A program made the translations under genes and the position numbers. A stretch of 64,000 bases of DNA from a virus. The stretch covers positions 49,063 to 113,062 of IMG/VR virus record IMGVR_UViG_3300026189_000002. One strand, given 5' to 3'. Positions 48,893 to 57,339 of the stretch are shown here, one piece after another. Numbering within the stretch: position 1 is the stretch's first letter; the number at the start of each line of letters is the position of its first letter. The notes under the pieces were generated by a model. The model ran no database searches. It saw only the letters and a list, made by a program, of their open reading frames with translations, and was not told the origin of the DNA.

Positions 48893-49758
48893 TTGAACCA
48901 TCTAGCGTAGACTGTGTAATATATCACGCTGATTGTACAGACGGTTTCGGGGCAGCTTATTCTGCTTGGAAACTATTAGGCAATAGGGCAGAATATCACG
49001 CATGCAAGCATGGAACTCCTCCGCCTGATGTAAAAGGTAAAAACGTGGTCGTGTTAGATTTTGCTTTTAATAATGCTACCACTAAAAAAATGATTGAAAT
49101 AGCAGATTCTTATTTAGTGATCGATCATCACAAGACTGCAATGGTCGAGTTGCACGACATACCCAACACGCATTTCGATATGACTAAATCTGGCGCTATG
49201 TTATCTTGGGAGTTTTTCCATCCGGGCAAAGAGCCTCCTAAGTTTATTAGGTATATCATGGACAGAGACCTATGGACTTGGGAACTAGAGTATTCTAAAG
49301 AGTTTAGTGCTGCTTTTGATATGGTTCCTTTTGAGTTTGAAGAGTTTGAAAAATTTGAAGATGATTCAGTTTTTGACGATGCGGTGAAAAGAGGAAGCTA
49401 TATTTTAGCATACTCTAAAACTGTAGTTAAAAAAGTTTGTGAAAAAGCGCAACAAAGAAAATTAGACGAAAAAGACGTTCTAGTCGTTAATGCTTCTCAC
49501 TGGATGTCAGAAATAGGAACTAGGTTAGCCCCAGACTGCGACTTAGCCATGATATGGTACTGGGATCATGAAGCAAAGCACACCAAGGTTAGCCTAAGAG
49601 CTTTTCATGATATAGTTGATGTTGGAGAGATTGCTAAAAAATTTGGAGGTGGCGGCCATAGAAAAGCCGCAGGTTTCCAACTACCTGCAGGAAAACACAT
49701 AGAAGATATTTTCGATAAGCCTAAAAGGTCTAGAACTAGAAAATCTAAGCAGGAATAG
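48889..49758 (+). CDS. DHH/DHHA1 phosphoesterase (NrnB-like)
   Basis: 'YHADCTDG', 'VIDHHKT', 'DRDLW', 'SLR', 'GGGGHRKAAG'. Confidence 0.88.
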   Translation: MIEPSSVDCVIYHADCTDGFGAAYSAWKLLGNRAEYHACKHGTPPPDVKGKNVVVLDFAFNNATTKKMIEIADSYLVIDHHKTAMVELHDIPNTHFDMTKSGAMLSWEFFHPGKEPPKFIRYIMDRDLWTWELEYSKEFSAAFDMVPFEFEEFEKFEDDSVFDDAVKRGSYILAYSKTVVKKVCEKAQQRKLDEKDVLVVNASHWMSEIGTRLAPDCDLAMIWYWDHEAKHTKVSLRAFHDIVDVGEIAKKFGGGGHRKAAGFQLPAGKHIEDIFDKPKRSRTRKSKQE

Positions 49759-49760
49759 CC

Positions 49761-50186
49761 ATGAACAGGCCTAGCTGGGATCAAATATGGATGGAGTTTG
49801 CAGAATTAATATCTAATAGATCTTATGATCCAAGATATAAAGTTGGAGCGGTAGTAGTAACAGAAGATAATACGCAAGTTTTGTCTGTAGGTTACAACGG
49901 TAATTATTCTGGCGGACCAAACGAAGTAGAGTCTACTGTGCCCGGACAGTCAGGAATGCTTCATGCAGAAATCAACGCGCTGCTAAAAATGGATTATAAC
50001 AATCCAAAAAATAAAAAAATATACTTGACTCTATCTCCCTGCAGATCTTGTTCTAAAGCCATAGTAAACGCTGGTATAGATGAAGTTATTTTTAAAGAAC
50101 AGTATAGAGATATGTCCGGCATTGAAATACTTAAGAATACTGGCATTTTAGTTAGAAAATATTCGGAGATTTTTGATGAGCAATAG
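49761..50186 (+). CDS. dCMP deaminase
   Basis: 'RPSWD', 'VGAVVV', 'GYNG', 'HAEINAL', 'SPCRSC'. Confidence 0.9.
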   Translation: MNRPSWDQIWMEFAELISNRSYDPRYKVGAVVVTEDNTQVLSVGYNGNYSGGPNEVESTVPGQSGMLHAEINALLKMDYNNPKNKKIYLTLSPCRSCSKAIVNAGIDEVIFKEQYRDMSGIEILKNTGILVRKYSEIFDEQ

Positions 50187-50526
50187 ATTTTTAGAGTCCG
50201 ATTTAGAGGATGAGCATGGCAACATACTGATATCGCCAGGTTTAAAAGTTAGGCATATAGACTCTCAGTACGAATACACAGTCGACAGCGTTGTAAAAAA
50301 TGGTGAAGACATAGAGGTAATTCTAAGACTTCCTACAGAGCCTAGATTTGAGCCTAGTAGTAGCTCTGAGTTAATACAATCAAGATCTTCGAGTAGTCCT
50401 AATATCATGTACGAAATAGATCCCAACGCTGTTTTTTACGAACCAGATTCTGAGGAAGAAGATGAGGGCGAAGGTTTAATTTCTGTAACTCAATCTGAAT
50501 TCGAAAAAGAATACGAGGTTAAATAA
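50176..50526 (+). CDS. Acidic hypothetical protein
   Basis: GGAG SD; coupled to neighbours. Confidence 0.55.
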   Translation: MSNRFLESDLEDEHGNILISPGLKVRHIDSQYEYTVDSVVKNGEDIEVILRLPTEPRFEPSSSSELIQSRSSSSPNIMYEIDPNAVFYEPDSEEEDEGEGLISVTQSEFEKEYEVK

Positions 50527-51206
50527 TGAATTCAATTAAAAAAAATTTACAGTCTGCAATAGACGAAGTTGTTTCAAGCAAAATAAACGAAGCTTATGTT
50601 TCTGAGCCTAAAAAATTTAATCTTAAGACCGATTTCATATCGGAAAAAATTAAAAAATATAGACAGGAAGATTTCGAAAACTATGTAAAAGCTTTAAATA
50701 AAGTTTCTGCTAAATTAGACGGAGCAGATAGAGAAAACGCTAACGATAAGCACAGTGATTTTAGAAGCCTAAAACTTGATGAAGTGCATAATATGAATGC
50801 AGCTTTTTTAAGAGCTCTTCATTTTGAAAATATAAGTGACCTATCCAGTAAGATAACCATGGACATGTTTTGTTTTTTAAGGCTGGAAAGAGATTTTGGT
50901 TCATTCGATAACTGGCAAAAAGATTTTATAGCATGCTGTCTATCTTCTAGAGACGGTTACGCAATGACTGGATACTCTGTTTTTCTTAAGAGGTATGTTA
51001 ACTTCGTTATTGACACAGAGGCTTTAAATGTACCTATGGGAGTAATCCCAGTTGTAGTATTAGACGTAGCAGAAGGTTCTTACGTAAAAGATTATATGGG
51101 CGATAGAAGATCTTACGTTTTAGCTATGATGAAAGAGTTTAACTGGTCTCATATTGAAGAGAGATTCGAAAGAGCTGAAGCAGTCTCAAAGGTTTTTGCA
51201 AAATGA
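50526..51206 (+). CDS. Fe/Mn superoxide dismutase-fold protein, predicted inactive
   Basis: 'YVKALN', 'FGSFDNWQKDF', 'PVVVLDVAEGSY..DY...R..YV......NWS.IE.RF'; WEHAY is replaced by AEGSY and the His ligands are absent. Confidence 0.7.
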   Translation: MNSIKKNLQSAIDEVVSSKINEAYVSEPKKFNLKTDFISEKIKKYRQEDFENYVKALNKVSAKLDGADRENANDKHSDFRSLKLDEVHNMNAAFLRALHFENISDLSSKITMDMFCFLRLERDFGSFDNWQKDFIACCLSSRDGYAMTGYSVFLKRYVNFVIDTEALNVPMGVIPVVVLDVAEGSYVKDYMGDRRSYVLAMMKEFNWSHIEERFERAEAVSKVFAK

Positions 51207-51808
51207 GGGATTTAACTAAAGAAGAATTTGAAGCATTTGTAAAAAGAATGTTAAGAGAAGCCCCTGGCGATGAAGATGAGTTAGACTTAGAGACAGAAGA
51301 TGAGGCCGAAGAAGAGTCTGAAGAAGCCGCTGCAGAAGAGGAAGAAGCTGAAGAATCTGAAGAGGATGCTGAAGGCGAAGAAGATGAAGAAGATGAAGAC
51401 TCAAAGGAAGATGAAGTAGTCGTAACTAAAGGGTCTGAGTTAGACAAAGAAATACAGTCAGTGCTAATAGACTTTGAATCAAGCGCCCTTGCCCCAGTCG
51501 AAAAAAACGAGTCTTTAATATATAAAAACGGAATATCTTTATTGGTAGAAAAAAACATGCAATTTAGCTTAGACGCTTTTGCATCTGATGTAGCTAGATT
51601 AATAAAGAATTATGAAAATTTGTTAGATATGGAGTCGATAATATTGAATAAATCCATAACTTTCGTAAAAGAAAAGTATGGAGAAGATACTGCTAAAGAT
51701 TTAGAAAATATATTATCTAACTCGCACTCTATAGATATGGAAGAAAAAGACCCAGTCCAAGCTCCGATTGCTGTAGGGGCCTCTAAAGAAGGCGCAGATG
51801 CCAGTTGA
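51203..51808 (+). CDS. Highly acidic probable head/scaffold-associated protein
   Basis: 'LTKEEFEAFVKRMLRE' motif then Glu/Asp low-complexity tract. Confidence 0.55.
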   Translation: MRDLTKEEFEAFVKRMLREAPGDEDELDLETEDEAEEESEEAAAEEEEAEESEEDAEGEEDEEDEDSKEDEVVVTKGSELDKEIQSVLIDFESSALAPVEKNESLIYKNGISLLVEKNMQFSLDAFASDVARLIKNYENLLDMESIILNKSITFVKEKYGEDTAKDLENILSNSHSIDMEEKDPVQAPIAVGASKEGADAS

Positions 51809-52097
51809 TAAAAAGACTCGCAGATTAATAGATTTTGAAACAAAAAAGTCTATTCATATAAATTTAACGAGAGAAACTCATTCGGGTTTTAAAAAGTTTT
51901 TATTTGACTATGGTTTATCTATGCAGGAAGTTTTTGAATATTTTGCATCTCAAGTAGCAGAAGAAGACAATTACGCAGTAAAAATAGTAATGGGTTCTTA
52001 CAAAAAAAAGAGAGACAAGATTATTAACAAGGTTTCTAAAAAGGAGGTTGAAAATCTTTACGATGCAATTTCTCACGAAGATCCTTTCAAAAAATAA
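51798..52097 (+). CDS. Small basic protein, possible ribbon-helix-helix DNA binder
   Basis: 'KKSIHINLTRETHSGFKKFLFDYGLSMQEVFEYF' fits a beta-alpha-alpha RHH pattern. Confidence 0.45.
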   Translation: MPVDKKTRRLIDFETKKSIHINLTRETHSGFKKFLFDYGLSMQEVFEYFASQVAEEDNYAVKIVMGSYKKKRDKIINKVSKKEVENLYDAISHEDPFKK

Positions 52098-52359
52098 AAA
52101 TTATGATAATTCTAAAATAGAAAAACTAGAATCTAAAATTAAAGAATTAGAAGCTTCTTTAGCTGATCACGAATCAGCTATATTGATTTTAACTGATACC
52201 ATTAATCGTTATTCTATAATAAACGAGCAGCTTTGCCGAGAAATGAATTTAGTAGGTAGATGGGCAGCTTCGGTATCAAATTATGTAGATGAAGAAAAGG
52301 AAGAGTTAGTCGACGCATTTGGCTTAGATATTGATGACGATGATGAATACTTAAACTAA
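52063..52359 (+). CDS. Coiled-coil hypothetical protein
   Basis: Heptad 'KIEKLESKIKELEASL', acidic C-terminus. Confidence 0.5.
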   Translation: MQFLTKILSKNKNYDNSKIEKLESKIKELEASLADHESAILILTDTINRYSIINEQLCREMNLVGRWAASVSNYVDEEKEELVDAFGLDIDDDDEYLN

Positions 52360-52371
52360 GGAGGTGTTCTC

Positions 52372-52575
52372 ATGGTAGAATCTTTAAAGGCTTTCTCTGA
52401 CAGATACGTGGAAAGGTTTATTTCTAGAAAATTTTTAGCTTGGATAGTGGCAACAGGATTATGCGCTTACGGTACTGTAACCAGCGATAACTGGACTGCG
52501 ATAACTTTAGCATACATAGGAACCCAGGCTTTGGTTGACATGGCCGTAAGATGGAAACACGGACCAAAAGATTAA
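52372..52575 (+). CDS. Putative holin (2 TM)
   Basis: 67 aa, 'ISRKFLAWIVATGL..' plus second hydrophobic helix; strong AAGGAGGT SD. Confidence 0.5.
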   Translation: MVESLKAFSDRYVERFISRKFLAWIVATGLCAYGTVTSDNWTAITLAYIGTQALVDMAVRWKHGPKD

Positions 52576-52576
52576 A

Positions 52577-52930
52577 ATGTGGTTTTTCTGTAAATTAAAG
52601 ACATACTGGAAACAAGCCCTAGGTTTTATTTCAATTATTCTAGGTTATTTTCTTTATAAAAGAAATGAAAATAGTTGGAAAAAAAACTACCAGAATTCAA
52701 TAGATAACGAAAAAAAATCTAGGGAAGTAGAAGTAAATTCTTTAAAAAAACAACAGTCTGAAAAGCAAAAAATAGAAATAGACCATTTAAATTTACAGAA
52801 AGATAGCAAAAAAGAAATTGAGACCTTAAAACAAGATTTAGAAAAAAAGAAAAAATCTTCTATTGGTGAAAAATCTATAGCAGAATCTATAGCAGAATTA
52901 ACAGGTGCCGAGCATGTTAAAAAAGATTAA
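52577..52930 (+). CDS. Membrane-anchored coiled-coil protein (i-spanin-like)
   Basis: N-terminal TM 'ALGFISIILGYFLY' followed by charged coiled coil. Confidence 0.4.
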   Translation: MWFFCKLKTYWKQALGFISIILGYFLYKRNENSWKKNYQNSIDNEKKSREVEVNSLKKQQSEKQKIEIDHLNLQKDSKKEIETLKQDLEKKKKSSIGEKSIAESIAELTGAEHVKKD

Positions 52931-53366
52931 GGTTTTTTTTCATATTTTTTTATGCATAATTTTAATATGTCCTTGCGCTTATTCTCAAGGAAAAGTTACA
53001 GAATTGTCTGAGGGAGATTTAGCGCCTTTTTCCGGAACGTTAATGACCAATGACGTTGCTACAAAACTTTATTTAGATTCAAAATTTTCTAAAGAAGAGT
53101 GCAATATAAAAATAAAAGAAAAAATAGACACTGCTTCAATAGCTTGTAATAAAAATATTAAAATATTAGAATCTAAGCTCAGTATAGAGTTAGAAAAATT
53201 TGAAAAACTTATAGAGATAAAAAACGATAGAATTAAATTTTTAGAAAAAAACTGGCATCCAGATCCTTGGTATGAAAAAAACTCTTTTTGGTTTTCTACA
53301 GGAGTTATAGCCGGTGTCATAATTACTATTGCTGCCGGATATGCAATCGGCCAAGCTTCGAGGTAA
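52914..53366 (+). CDS. Signal-peptide protein with C-terminal TM (spanin-like)
   Basis: N-terminal hydrophobic signal '...PCAYS|Q', coiled coil, C-terminal TM 'FWFSTGVIAGVIITIAAGYAI'. Confidence 0.4.
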   Translation: MLKKIKVFFHIFLCIILICPCAYSQGKVTELSEGDLAPFSGTLMTNDVATKLYLDSKFSKEECNIKIKEKIDTASIACNKNIKILESKLSIELEKFEKLIEIKNDRIKFLEKNWHPDPWYEKNSFWFSTGVIAGVIITIAAGYAIGQASR

Positions 53367-53367
53367 A

Positions 53368-54516
53368 ATGAAGAATATATTTTTAGAAGATGTTGCTTAT
53401 GGTATATACGATAGACCTAAGAAAAGCAAAGAAGAAGAAGTTACTGTTCCTACAGACCTGCCTGTAAGCGCTAGTGATCACATGAGTAACCAGCTAACGC
53501 AGCAAAGGCCTCCTATAGAAGATGAAGATTTTGTTCCAAAGACAAAAGAAGAATTGTCTAGAGCCGTTCACGCTATAGGATTATTAGTTCCTAATGACCA
53601 AGTTGAATTTTTTTATAATTCCGCAAAAAAATTACTAGATGCATGTAACGACAGAGAATTTGATAGAAAATTAGGAGAACCAGAAAGCAAAGAAGACAGC
53701 TCTAAAGAAAGCGCAGTGTCCGAAGCGATCAAAAAAACTCTAAAGGGGATGATAAATGAAATTCAATATGGAAGCCCTGATGAGTATGATGAATTTAGAG
53801 GCGTAGATAGAAGAAATGATACTGCAATAGATTATTTTGGAGAAAACGAGCCTTTAGAAAGTAAAGAAGAGGCTGACGGCGAACTTACGCTAGACCAGAT
53901 TGCTGCTAAATTAGGATACAAAAGCGCTTCAGGTGTAAGGCAAGAAATAAAAAGATTAACAGACAGGCTTCAATACTTTGTTACAAAAGTAGAGCCCGCG
54001 GAATTAGAGCAGTTAACTGATGAGGCAGCTAGTTCTTATATCGATATATGGTCTCAAAGCGAAGATCTAGACCCAGAAGACGTAAGTGACTTAAAAAGTA
54101 TAGGCCTATCTAGAATAAAAAAGCTGCCAGCTTTTAGATACTTTTTTGTAGATAACTTTATAATGCCTTCATACAGGGAAGCAACTAGAGAGGCAACCCG
54201 CGCCCTAAATACTGCAATTGACGAACTAGGAGTTCCTGAAAATTTAAAACAAGCCGTTTTTAATGAAGTTACAGGCGCTTCATCTCCAGGAACAATAGCA
54301 AAAAGAATGAGCGATTTGGTAAAAAATGGGTCATTGACAAAAGAACAAAAGCCTATGATGTCTAAAGTTTTGTCTAGCATATCTAGCTTAAGAAAAATTG
54401 CTGAAAAACAAGCAGATTTTATACAGAGGTCTAGAGATAAATGGAACTCTAAATCTAACAGAAACAAAAAGATATCCGTAGGAAAAGCTATAGAAATGGC
54501 GCACTCAGAGAGTTAA
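53368..54516 (+). CDS. Hypothetical protein with possible HTH, probable head-internal
   Basis: GAGG SD; 'IKKTLKGMINE' motif; 'LTLDQIAAKLGYKSASGVRQ' is HTH-like. Confidence 0.55.
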   Translation: MKNIFLEDVAYGIYDRPKKSKEEEVTVPTDLPVSASDHMSNQLTQQRPPIEDEDFVPKTKEELSRAVHAIGLLVPNDQVEFFYNSAKKLLDACNDREFDRKLGEPESKEDSSKESAVSEAIKKTLKGMINEIQYGSPDEYDEFRGVDRRNDTAIDYFGENEPLESKEEADGELTLDQIAAKLGYKSASGVRQEIKRLTDRLQYFVTKVEPAELEQLTDEAASSYIDIWSQSEDLDPEDVSDLKSIGLSRIKKLPAFRYFFVDNFIMPSYREATREATRALNTAIDELGVPENLKQAVFNEVTGASSPGTIAKRMSDLVKNGSLTKEQKPMMSKVLSSISSLRKIAEKQADFIQRSRDKWNSKSNRNKKISVGKAIEMAHSES

Positions 54517-54522
54517 TTCGCT

Positions 54523-54882
54523 ATGAATAAAAAAGTTCAATTACTTATGAAAGAATATTTTTCATACCCTGTTCAAAACAGAGAAGAGCTTTATGATTGT
54601 CCAATTACTCCATCTAAAGAGACTTGGTCTGTATTTGAATCTCCAGAAAGATTAGAAAAGAAATTTAGTTTTTCAAGTAGAAGCCAAGCAAAAGATTTTG
54701 TTATAGAAATAATGAATATAGAAGATTCTATGTTTCATCATGGAAAAATAACAATAGACCATACGGATGTAAGCGTCAGCGTATATACAAAAGACCTAAA
54801 TAGAATAACAAATAGAGATAAAGAATACGCAAAACACGTAGACAATATTTTTAGAGATGTCCAAGATTACAAATATGGATGA
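54523..54882 (+). CDS. Pterin-4-alpha-carbinolamine dehydratase (PCD/DCoH)-fold protein
   Basis: 'W......L.KKF.F......F', 'HHGKI', 'V.VYT..L..IT.RD...AK.VD'. Confidence 0.75.
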   Translation: MNKKVQLLMKEYFSYPVQNREELYDCPITPSKETWSVFESPERLEKKFSFSSRSQAKDFVIEIMNIEDSMFHHGKITIDHTDVSVSVYTKDLNRITNRDKEYAKHVDNIFRDVQDYKYG

Positions 54883-55219
54883 TCTAAAAGCCCAGTCAGA
54901 AAAATCTAACATCATATACAGCGAATCCTTAGAGGGTATACTTCCGGAAGATTTAACCGAAAGTAGTCATAAAAATAGATTTATTCTAAATTTATTAGAA
55001 CATACATATGACCTTTCTTTTATATCAGCAAAAAAAACAAAAAACGGTAACATCTGTGCTTTTAAGATATATAATTTTAACTCAATTAGTTTTTTAAAAA
55101 ATGATAAATGTTCCATTGTTATAGATGGAGAAAGTTACGAAGCGGATTTTGTTAAGATAAGCGAAAATAGCGAAAATAAAGATAAATTTATTGTAATCAC
55201 GGTTTTACTGAAGACCTAA
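54875..55219 (+). CDS. Hypothetical protein
   Basis: ORF overlapping the end of the previous gene. Confidence 0.45.
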   Translation: MDDLKAQSEKSNIIYSESLEGILPEDLTESSHKNRFILNLLEHTYDLSFISAKKTKNGNICAFKIYNFNSISFLKNDKCSIVIDGESYEADFVKISENSENKDKFIVITVLLKT

Positions 55220-55244
55220 TAATTATTCCTTAGAGGTTTATAGC

Positions 55245-55952
55245 ATGGATATAACTAATTTAAATTTTTTAAATTCTCTTATTAGAAAAAACGCAATAAG
55301 AGCGGTTGAGTCTATTTTAGAATCTAGAGCAGATTCAGACGAAAGAAAAAAGCAAAAAGATTTAAGCTCATTTATATCTAAGAGAGGGCTTAAGGCTAGC
55401 GAAGATAAATCTAAAGACGTAGATGACGTAGATGAGGTAGAAAAAGATTCGGATTCTAACGTAGTAGATAAAAAGCCTGGCTTGGAAAAAAAAGAAAAAG
55501 AAAAAAGAGAGGATAGGACGGGAGGAAAAGGAACTGCCGATTCTGTAAAGGCTAAAACACCCAAAGAAAAAGTTTTTAAAGATCCTTCCTTGGTAGATTT
55601 CGTAAACAAAATAAACGTCTTAAGAGGAGGAAAATCTGTAGATTCTCCTAGCATAAAAAAAGCCTTGTCTTCTTACTTAGATTCTTTATCAACTGGAGAA
55701 AAAAGAAGCATGCTAGTTTTTTTAACTGCCGTATCACAAATAATGGTAGGCAAAAAACAAGGCGCCGACGCTTTAGACCCTGAAGAAGCCGGAATTAAAA
55801 CAGCAATACAAAAGCCAATAGAGAAAACAATCAGCCAGAAAAATAAGTCTGCCTCTAAAGTAGGAACTGAAAAAGTGCCTATAGTAGTAGGAGAAGTTGC
55901 TAATAAAGAAATGGTTAGAAAAATATTGGAAAAATATAAGGGCATGAAATGA
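55245..55952 (+). CDS. Hypothetical, probable head-internal protein
   Basis: GAGG SD; 'IRAVESILES' and C-terminal 'MVRKILE' motifs. Confidence 0.55.
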   Translation: MDITNLNFLNSLIRKNAIRAVESILESRADSDERKKQKDLSSFISKRGLKASEDKSKDVDDVDEVEKDSDSNVVDKKPGLEKKEKEKREDRTGGKGTADSVKAKTPKEKVFKDPSLVDFVNKINVLRGGKSVDSPSIKKALSSYLDSLSTGEKRSMLVFLTAVSQIMVGKKQGADALDPEEAGIKTAIQKPIEKTISQKNKSASKVGTEKVPIVVGEVANKEMVRKILEKYKGMK

Positions 55953-56218
55953 ACTATTTTTTGTTAAAAAGAAAAGTTAAAAAACTTCTATCTGAATCTA
56001 GCGCAGTAGAAATGCACAGATGTATGAACGGAGACTTTGTAAAGTTTGGTTCTGAAAAGTGCATTGACGATATAGACGATAGAATCAATGACGCAAGAAT
56101 AGAAAGAGACTGTTGCCCTGGAAGAACTGACGCTAGAGAACACTATAACGGAATACTTAAGGTTCTAAGAAGAAAAAAAAGAAGAGCTTTAAAAACTAAC
56201 CTAGGAAGCGAGTTATGA
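55949..56218 (+). CDS. Small Cys/His-containing basic protein
   Basis: 'KRKVKKLLSE' motif; H-x-C...C...CC. Confidence 0.5.
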   Translation: MNYFLLKRKVKKLLSESSAVEMHRCMNGDFVKFGSEKCIDDIDDRINDARIERDCCPGRTDAREHYNGILKVLRRKKRRALKTNLGSEL

Positions 56219-57327
56219 AGTCACTAAAAGAAATATACGGATTTAATAATACTAAAAAAATAACTACTAAAGAGTTGAAGAGTATTATTCTGGAAGAAAT
56301 GAATCTTATAAAAGAAGAAGAAGATTCTCAATACCAACCTATAGACAACGGAACTAATATAGCAGATGTTCCTGGGAAAGAAGTATATAAACAGCTTACT
56401 TCTGGAGATATGAACGCACCTTTAATTCAGGCTATGTATAAAGCAACAGAAAAAGCAGACAAAGAGACAGGAGAAGTTAAGTCAGGCTGGGCGCCAGGTG
56501 CTATTAAGTCTGCAGGCGGCCCTGAAGCTATTAAAGCTTGGGCTGAATCTCTAGGAGAAGAAACTATTACTTCTAGAATAGCTAAAGTTGCAAGCGATCT
56601 ACCATCAACCGGCCTTCCTAAAAAAGAAATGCCTGCGTTAGAAGGAGGTGATGCAGACAAAGTAAAGGATGCTTTATCCCCTGGAGGAAAATACAACATA
56701 GACCTTGAAGCACAGTATGCTGGCGGAGAAGAAAGCGTGGATAGCTGGATGGATTCTCTTTCTGACGAAGACAAGGCAAAACTTGCTTCTGGCGAGGAGC
56801 CCGAAATAAAAGAAGAGGGTGTCATTAGAGAAGAAAAATATCCTGCGCCTGGAACAATAACTGGCGGAAGCACAGAATCACCTGTCGGACAAGCGCTAGC
56901 GTTTTTAGTAAAAGGTAAGCATGACGGAGATGATTCTGACGACAATATCCAAGTTAAAGTAAACGATAAGATGAAAAATAGCAGTATGATTCCAACTCAA
57001 AAAAATATACTGATAGGCAAATCTTTACTATTTGCTTTCTTACATACAACAGTTGGAGGCATATCTGATCTTTCCGATATGGGTGGAGCTTTTGTAACTT
57101 CTGCAGGAGAAATACTTGACGGCCACCATAGATGGTCAGGCGCTTATATAGCGACAGGCGGAACGCTTGAACACGATAACGTCCATATAGTTCAAGGAAA
57201 TAAAGACGACCTTTTACCTGCTTTAACTACCATTGGAAATGCAATAGGTAGAGACCAAAAAGAAAGCAAGCAAAATTCTGATAACGTTATAATGGAAAAC
57301 TGGCGCCGGTTAGCCGGTATTCTATAA
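56215..57327 (+). CDS. ParB/Srx-like domain protein, probable head-internal
   Basis: 'MIPTQ..I', 'FVTS.GEILDGHHRW'; N-term 'KITTKELKSIILEE', C-term 'IMENWRRLAGIL'. Confidence 0.65.
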   Translation: MKSLKEIYGFNNTKKITTKELKSIILEEMNLIKEEEDSQYQPIDNGTNIADVPGKEVYKQLTSGDMNAPLIQAMYKATEKADKETGEVKSGWAPGAIKSAGGPEAIKAWAESLGEETITSRIAKVASDLPSTGLPKKEMPALEGGDADKVKDALSPGGKYNIDLEAQYAGGEESVDSWMDSLSDEDKAKLASGEEPEIKEEGVIREEKYPAPGTITGGSTESPVGQALAFLVKGKHDGDDSDDNIQVKVNDKMKNSSMIPTQKNILIGKSLLFAFLHTTVGGISDLSDMGGAFVTSAGEILDGHHRWSGAYIATGGTLEHDNVHIVQGNKDDLLPALTTIGNAIGRDQKESKQNSDNVIMENWRRLAGIL

Positions 57328-57339
57328 GAGGAGTTTCCA

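Noticed and set aside
51260-51420. GAAGA-rich repetitive tract as a possible array
   Set aside because: Simply encodes a poly-Glu/Asp low-complexity region; no repeat-spacer structure
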